A DNA stretch of 64,000 nt from Pseudomonadota bacterium (GTDB lineage: Bacteria > Pseudomonadota > Alphaproteobacteria > Sphingomonadales > SMXR01): the NCBI GenBank assembly GCA_022566215.1, contig JADFJJ010000004.1, forward strand, positions 283 to 64,282, read 5' to 3'. The stretch's first letter is position 1. Each line of letters starts with the position of its first letter. This document shows, piece after piece, positions 59,443-64,000 of the stretch. Position numbers and translations under genes: made by a program. Under the pieces are notes generated by a model, which did not search any database, was not told where the DNA came from, and saw nothing but the letters and a program-made list of their open reading frames with translations.

Positions 59443-59859
59443 CTAGTCGTCGCGGTGGACCTTTTCCATTTTTTCGTGCATTTCCTGGGCTTCCAGGGTC
59501 ATCGAGGCGATCGGGCGGGCGTCCAGGCGTTTCAGGTTGATGGGCTCGCCGGACACTTCACAATAGCCGTATTCGCCATTTTCCAGCTTGCCCAGCGCCG
59601 TTTCAATCTTGGTCACCAGCTTTCTTTGCCGGTCGCGGGCGCGAAGTTCGATCGACCGGTCGGTCTCCGACGAGGCGCGATCGGCGATGTCCGGCTCTTT
59701 CAGGCTTTCCGTCTGGAGTGATTCCAGAGTGCCCATGGCTTCCTTCAAAATCCGGTCTTTCCAGATCAGCAGCTTGCGGCGGAAATATTCCTTTTGCCGG
59801 GCGCTCATGAACTTTTCAGTTTCGGACGGGGAATAATCCTTGGGCAGTCGGGTGGCCAT
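59443..59859 (-). CDS. dksA: RNA polymerase-binding regulator DksA (single-Cys variant)
   Basis: 138 aa with coiled-coil tip DIADRASSETD. The C-terminal YGYCEVSGEPINLKRLDARPIASMTLEAQ aligns to the DksA zinc-finger region. Confidence 0.9.
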   Translation of the reverse strand: MATRLPKDYSPSETEKFMSARQKEYFRRKLLIWKDRILKEAMGTLESLQTESLKEPDIADRASSETDRSIELRARDRQRKLVTKIETALGKLENGEYGYCEVSGEPINLKRLDARPIASMTLEAQEMHEKMEKVHRDD

Positions 59860-60208
59860 GAAAGTCTCCTTGAATGAACTGCATTTGTCTTGTTATCGGC
59901 GCGTTAATGACGCGGAAATTTGACGCGCGGGGGTTTTATAATAACAAGTGCTTTTGATTGCAAGGGGGGTTTTGAGATTTTTTTTACAAGGCCCGGGTTA
60001 TCGGCTGCGGCCCCGGCAAGATTAAAAAAAGCACCCCAAGGCCGTACCAAGCAAACACCACCCGGAGTTATCTTTATAAACTAAAGCAACTAAGAATGAG
60101 TATTACCATTATTTGATTACATTTATTTGTGAATCAATCTGCCTGATATTTGTTTTTTTATTCATTTCACAGGTGATTAAATTAAATTACTTGCCTGAAA
60201 TTCTTTTT

Positions 60209-60255
60209 AATAATAACATAATAGATACTTTTTGATAATAATATAATAAATACTT
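60209..60255. repeat. two 22-bp near-identical direct repeats in an AT-rich tract
   Basis: AATAATAACATAATAGATACTT (60209-60230) and GATAATAATATAATAAATACTT (60234-60255) match at 19/22. Confidence 0.7.
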
Positions 60256-60750
60256 GAGCATCGGGATAATGTTATATTTTAATTTAGCAACCAAAAGAGA
60301 TTTTAAATAACTACCGCGCCAACAAAAATTGCCGAGGGGGGTATGCAAATTTCTCGAGACAACAGCACCGGACACCGGATCGCCGCGAAACTCATTCAAG
60401 CTTTTCGGGGGCGCTGCCTATCCGGGAGCGGGACCCGCCGCTTTTTTCAACGCTTGAGAGGTCATACCGGTTTCTTCTTGATGACTGTCTGGGGCAGCTG
60501 GCGGGCAAAGCGCTAAAACCCATAAGGCGAATGAAAGATGTTGTTGAAAAAATGCTAAGAATAAGCGGCGGCGGCGTGATCTTTTTGACGTTCGCCGGCG
60601 GGCGGTTACCGCCGCAGCGCACGGCACAAATAGGGCCAGAACGCTGGCTTACACGGTGGAAGGAAGGCTTTTGGCCTTGGAAATGATGGGCCTGATGGCG
60701 GATTGCTGCTATCGATTTAAGGTTCCCGGCAATTTAGAAGGAGGCTACCA

Positions 60751-61050
60751 ATGAAATACCAATTGAAGTTATATGTCACCGGGCGCACCGGACCCTCAAC
60801 GCGCGCCATCAAAAACCTTGAGCGCATCTTACAGGCGCAAACCGGTGATGATTATGATTTCAAAGTGATTGATGTTCTTAAGCATCCGCAGCTGGCGGAA
60901 GACGAAAAAATTCTTGCCACCCCGACGCTGGTAAAGACTTTTCCAGAGCCGATACGCAAAATCATAGGTGATCTCAGCCAGCTTGAAAACGTTTTGCTGG
61001 GACTGGATATAATTCCCTCCCCGGGTTCAACCAAAAAGGAAAAATCCTGA
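60751..61050 (+). CDS. kaiB: circadian clock protein KaiB
   Basis: 99 aa. [23 protein letters not shown]...[40 protein letters not shown] closely parallels cyanobacterial KaiB (LKLYVAGNTPNS...[22 protein letters not shown]...RRIIGDLS). GGAGG RBS upstream. Confidence 0.9.
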   Translation: MKYQLKLYVTGRTGPSTRAIKNLERILQAQTGDDYDFKVIDVLKHPQLAEDEKILATPTLVKTFPEPIRKIIGDLSQLENVLLGLDIIPSPGSTKKEKS

Positions 61051-61357
61051 TGACCAAGCCGGCAAAAATAATCCCAATCAAGAAGTGCCTGCTGGGGGTT
61101 CCCGGTTTCGGCCTGATTACGGATGGAGGCGCTCCCGAGGGCCGGACAACCCTGCTGGCGGGCGCCGCCGGCAGCGGCAAGACCGCGTCCTGGCCCGGCA
61201 ATTTCCGGCCGGGGGGGCGCGGCTTTACGATGACCCGGGCGCTATGGTGAGGTTTGAGGAAAACCCCGGAGAAATGTTTACCAATGCCGCTTCGCTGGGC
61301 TGGGATTCTTGCCGGAATCCCGGTCCATGCGTTTGCAGCCGAGAAGGAGCATCTTGA
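61050..61357 (+). pseudogene. kaiC: kaiC remnant (first ~100 codons only, with a frameshift)
   Basis: Frame 1 from ATG 61050 (TGATG overlap with kaiB): IKKCLLGVPGFGLITDGGAPEGRTTLLAGAAGSGKT (KaiC CI Walker A). After about 61185 the homology continues in another frame: VLARQFPAGGARLYDDPGAMVRFEENPGEMFTNAASLGWD. Nothing KaiC-like follows, although a full kaiC is about 1.5 kb. Confidence 0.7.
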
Positions 61358-61426
61358 GCAGATGTTAGGGGGCGGCAAGTAAATAAAGGGCAAGCCGGAT
61401 TGCGCGAAACCAAGAGGAGAACCAGT

Positions 61427-62809
61427 TTGCGTGTCTTAGTCATAGAAGATGACATAAATGATGTAAAACTGGTGCGCCGTTACCTGGGAAAGGGCGCCCG
61501 GGGGGATTATGTCATATGCTTTGCCGACGCCGTTGCGGCGCTGGCGAAAAATAGTTACGATATCGCGCTTCTGGATCTCGGTCTGCCGGAATCGAGCGGC
61601 TTGAATACCCTTTCCAGGCTGCGCAAAATTGCGCCAACGCTTCCGATTGTTATTATTAGCGCACTTGAGGACGAGGCAGTGGCCCGAAAGGCAGTACAAC
61701 AAGGGGCCCAGGACTACCTGGTGAAGGGAAAGTTTGATGCCGACCTGCTGCACCACACCTTGCGTTATGGGCTGGAGCGTCAAAACGCCAGCCAGCAGTA
61801 TCTCGCCCTGCTTGAGCAGAGCCCGGATGGCGTTTTGCTGATTAGTCTTAAGGGCGAGATACTTTTCACCAATGCCGCGACTGAAGAGCTGCTCGGTAAA
61901 AAGGGAGACAAGCTTAAGGGACAGCTGTTTGGCATCCCCACCGTTAGCGAGGGAGAGACCCCTGAACTGCAGCTGCCCGGAGGCCGGACAGCAGAGTTGC
62001 GGGTGGCCGAAATTAAGTGGGAAAACAAGCCCGCCTACCTCACCATGCTGCGTGATATCACCGGGCGCAAAAATGCCCAACTGGAACTGGAACGCCAGGC
62101 AAAAGAGCTTAAAGCCAGCAATATTGACCTTGAGCGGTTTGCCCATGTGGTGAGCTATACTCTCCAGGCGCCGCTCAGGGGCATCCGCACCTATGTACAA
62201 ATATTAATTGAAGACGGGGAAGATACGCTGGATCAGGAATCGTTAAAAAACATTGCTGTAATCGACAACTGTGCGGACCACGCTCAAAACCTGGTCAAGA
62301 ATTTGATGACCTTTTCGGTTTCACAGCGCAAGCCATACATCCTCAGGCAAAATGATATCCAGGAAATACTGGAAGAAGCGATCGACGATCTTGCGCTGGA
62401 GATCAAGAAAAGCAAGGCAAAAATTACCCACGGTTGCTTGCCGAAGATTGTTGTCGATTACGGTCAGTTTTTGCATTTGATTGAAAATCTGATTGACAAC
62501 GCGATTAAATTCCGGGGGAAAAAGGCCCCGCGGGTTCATCTCTCCGCCAGGAAAAATGATACGGAATGGATTTTTTCGGTGGCCGACAACGGCATTGGCA
62601 TAGATAAAAAATATTATGAGGAAGTTTTCCAGGTTTTTGAACAACTGCACCCCCAAATGAAATATTCCGGAACCGGCATCGGCCTGGCGGTCTGCAAAAA
62701 GATTGTAAATAGACACAACGGCCGGATCTGGCTTGAATCAAAACCCGGCCAGGGGTCGACTTTTTATTTCTCCATTCCCTTCGATCCACGCATTACCCGG
62801 AACAAATAA
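61427..62809 (+). CDS. REC-PAS-histidine kinase-like protein with a degenerate H-box
   Basis: REC (VLVIEDD...DIALLDLGLPESSG...YLVKGK), PAS (LEQSPDGVLLISLKGEILFTNAA), N-box ENLIDNAIKF, G1 DNGIGI and G2 GTGIGLAV. The H-box reads FAHVVSYTLQAPLRGI. Start placed at TTG 61427, 7 nt after AGGAGA; the ORF track starts at 61400. Confidence 0.87.
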   Translation: MRVLVIEDDINDVKLVRRYLGKGARGDYVICFADAVAALAKNSYDIALLDLGLPESSGLNTLSRLRKIAPTLPIVIISALEDEAVARKAVQQGAQDYLVKGKFDADLLHHTLRYGLERQNASQQYLALLEQSPDGVLLISLKGEILFTNAATEELLGKKGDKLKGQLFGIPTVSEGETPELQLPGGRTAELRVAEIKWENKPAYLTMLRDITGRKNAQLELERQAKELKASNIDLERFAHVVSYTLQAPLRGIRTYVQILIEDGEDTLDQESLKNIAVIDNCADHAQNLVKNLMTFSVSQRKPYILRQNDIQEILEEAIDDLALEIKKSKAKITHGCLPKIVVDYGQFLHLIENLIDNAIKFRGKKAPRVHLSARKNDTEWIFSVADNGIGIDKKYYEEVFQVFEQLHPQMKYSGTGIGLAVCKKIVNRHNGRIWLESKPGQGSTFYFSIPFDPRITRNK

Positions 62810-62927
62810 GCCGGCCGTCTGCTGAAAAGTCTTTTTCTTGAAATCCCGGCGGCTTTCGGTTGCAGGTTTTTGCAAGCGTGTTATGCTACCGCTACTTAAT
62901 TTCAATGCTTGGATAGGGGCAACTCGA

Positions 62928-63023
62928 ATGGGAAAAATTCTCTCGGATATTAAACTGACCGTGATTACGGGCTTCGTGCTCACGGCCGTCATTTATTACA
63001 TTTCACCGATCATTGCCGGTTAA
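62928..63023 (+). CDS. possible 31-aa single-TM peptide
   Basis: MGKILSDIKLTVITGFVLTAVIYYISPIIAG*, 15 nt upstream of the next membrane-protein gene. No family recognised. Confidence 0.25.
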   Translation: MGKILSDIKLTVITGFVLTAVIYYISPIIAG

Positions 63024-63038
63024 GGGGGGGATAGACAA

Positions 63039-63542
63039 ATGGACTTTCCTGACATTACATTTCTGGTCCGCTGGCTGCACGTGCTGTCAGCGATCATGTG
63101 GATCGGTCTTCTATGGTATCTCAATTTCGTCCAGACGCCGCAGATGGCGAAAATCCCCGACAACCTGAAACCGGCGATCTCCGGCCATATCGCCCCGGCG
63201 GTTTTGTTCTGGTTCCGCTGGGCGGCGCTCGGCACTGTTATCTTCGGCCTGCTGTTGGCGCACCTCAACGGCTACCTTCATCAGGCCATGGCCCTGGGCT
63301 GGGGGATGGGATCGCCGGAGCTGACGCTGCTGGGCATCGGCATGTGGTTCGGCCTGGTGATGGCCGCAAACGTCTGGTTTATCATCTGGCCCAACCAGAA
63401 AAAGGTGCTGGGGCTGGTCAAGGCCACCAAGGAGGCCAAGGCGGCGGCGGCAAAAACCGCCGGGATGGCCAGCCGGATCAACACGCTGTTGTCGATCCCG
63501 ATGCTGTTCGCGATGGTCGCGTTTCAAAACAGCCCGTTCTAA
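63039..63542 (+). CDS. integral membrane protein of unknown function (possibly related to the N-terminal membrane domain of PuuD-type proteins)
   Basis: 167 aa with about 4 TM helices. The motif RWLHVLSAIMWIGLLWYLNFVQTP is present. AGGGGGGG RBS upstream. The family link is from memory only. Confidence 0.6.
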   Translation: MDFPDITFLVRWLHVLSAIMWIGLLWYLNFVQTPQMAKIPDNLKPAISGHIAPAVLFWFRWAALGTVIFGLLLAHLNGYLHQAMALGWGMGSPELTLLGIGMWFGLVMAANVWFIIWPNQKKVLGLVKATKEAKAAAAKTAGMASRINTLLSIPMLFAMVAFQNSPF

Positions 63543-63566
63543 CGGGACCTGCATAGACATTTAAAA

Positions 63567-63592
63567 GGCCGGGCCGCCCCGGCCTTTTTTTT
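63567..63592 (+). terminator. rho-independent terminator
   Basis: GGCCGGG-CCGC-CCCGGCC followed by T8. Confidence 0.7.
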
Positions 63593-63720
63593 GTTGTTTG
63601 AGGGGAATATCTCCGGGTTAAATCGCCCTCCCCGCCGAATCCGTTAAGCGCCGCCGGAAAATGTGCTATAACCCCTCTCTGAAGCCCCGCCGGGCGAAAC
63701 CGCTGTTGCATGAGGGCCAA

Positions 63721-64000
63721 GATGCCAAAACTGAAACAGTTCCGAATCTTCTATCTTTTGCTGATTGTCACCGGCCTTGCGGCATTGGTGTTGGGCGGCC
63801 CCGGGGCTCAAGAGAACGGATCAGCAGGCGTGGCTCTGGTGATCAAAGTGGAGGGCCCGATCGGCCCGGCCACCGTGCGCTATATCGAAAACGCCATTGA
63901 GGAAGCCCGCATCCAGAACGCCGAAGTCCTGATCCTGAGGCTCAACACCCCGGGCGGGCTGGTGACCAGCACGCGCGGGATCATCAGTGCGATTTTGGCC
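63721..64000 (+). CDS. NfeD-family membrane-bound serine protease (ClpP class), N-terminal part; continues past the right edge
   Basis: Own translation from ATG 63721: MPKLKQFRIFYLLLIVTGLAALVLGGPGAQENGSAGVALVIKVEGPIGPATVRYIENAIEEARIQNAEVLILRLNTPGGLVTSTRGIISAILA, matching the NfeD N-terminal ClpP-like pattern. Confidence 0.8.

Noticed and set aside
60187-60627. Small ORFs in the dksA-kaiB spacer: 60187..60399 minus, 60392..60622 minus, 60418..60627 minus, and my own 57-codon plus-strand ORF at 60343..60516
   Set aside because: They are mutually overlapping, with no RBS and no recognisable motifs. One runs through the AT-rich tract. I cannot support any as coding.
61085-61357. 90-aa ORF treated as an independent gene
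   Set aside because: Its C-terminal half continues the KaiC homology begun in another frame at 61050. I interpret it as the second piece of a frameshifted kaiC remnant.

Overview
A 64-kb chromosomal segment of a roughly 60% GC genome. Gene content and order look alphaproteobacterial: hdaA-ppk-ppx, purM-purN, pepA-holC, lptD-surA-pdxA-rsmA, fabD-fabG-acpP-fabF-mltG, rpsF-rpsR-rplI-dnaB, mlaEF-radA, cvpA-purF, yfgM-like-bamB-der, panB/guaA, guaB, rlmE, psd-pssA, icd and recA-alaS. Most of the window is ordinary housekeeping sequence with tight, often 1-4 nt overlapping, gene junctions. The non-core features are these. (1) A 1.8-kb low-GC mini-island sits in the 3' end of radA. It is bounded by a 13-bp perfect direct repeat that duplicates the radA tail. 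It carries two genes, a TIGR02391/Hypoth_Ymh-like protein and a DEDDh exonuclease-BRCT fusion. This is my best candidate for an undescribed, possibly defence-type, two-gene system. (2) A decaying Kai timing module: intact kaiB, kaiC reduced to about 100 frameshifted codons, and a REC-PAS-histidine kinase whose H-box histidine is replaced by Tyr. It is preceded by an AT-rich tract with 22-bp direct repeats. (3) An orphan Rhs/YD-repeat fragment lies between recA and a hybrid histidine kinase. (4) Three families of intergenic palindromic repeats are present, some contributing stop or start codons to flanking genes, and they flank alaS on both sides. (5) A tRNA-Gln is followed by a PadR plus RND efflux module. 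I recognised no rRNA, CRISPR array, transposase or integrase. All calls come from reading the supplied ORF translations and the DNA by eye. No database search was run.
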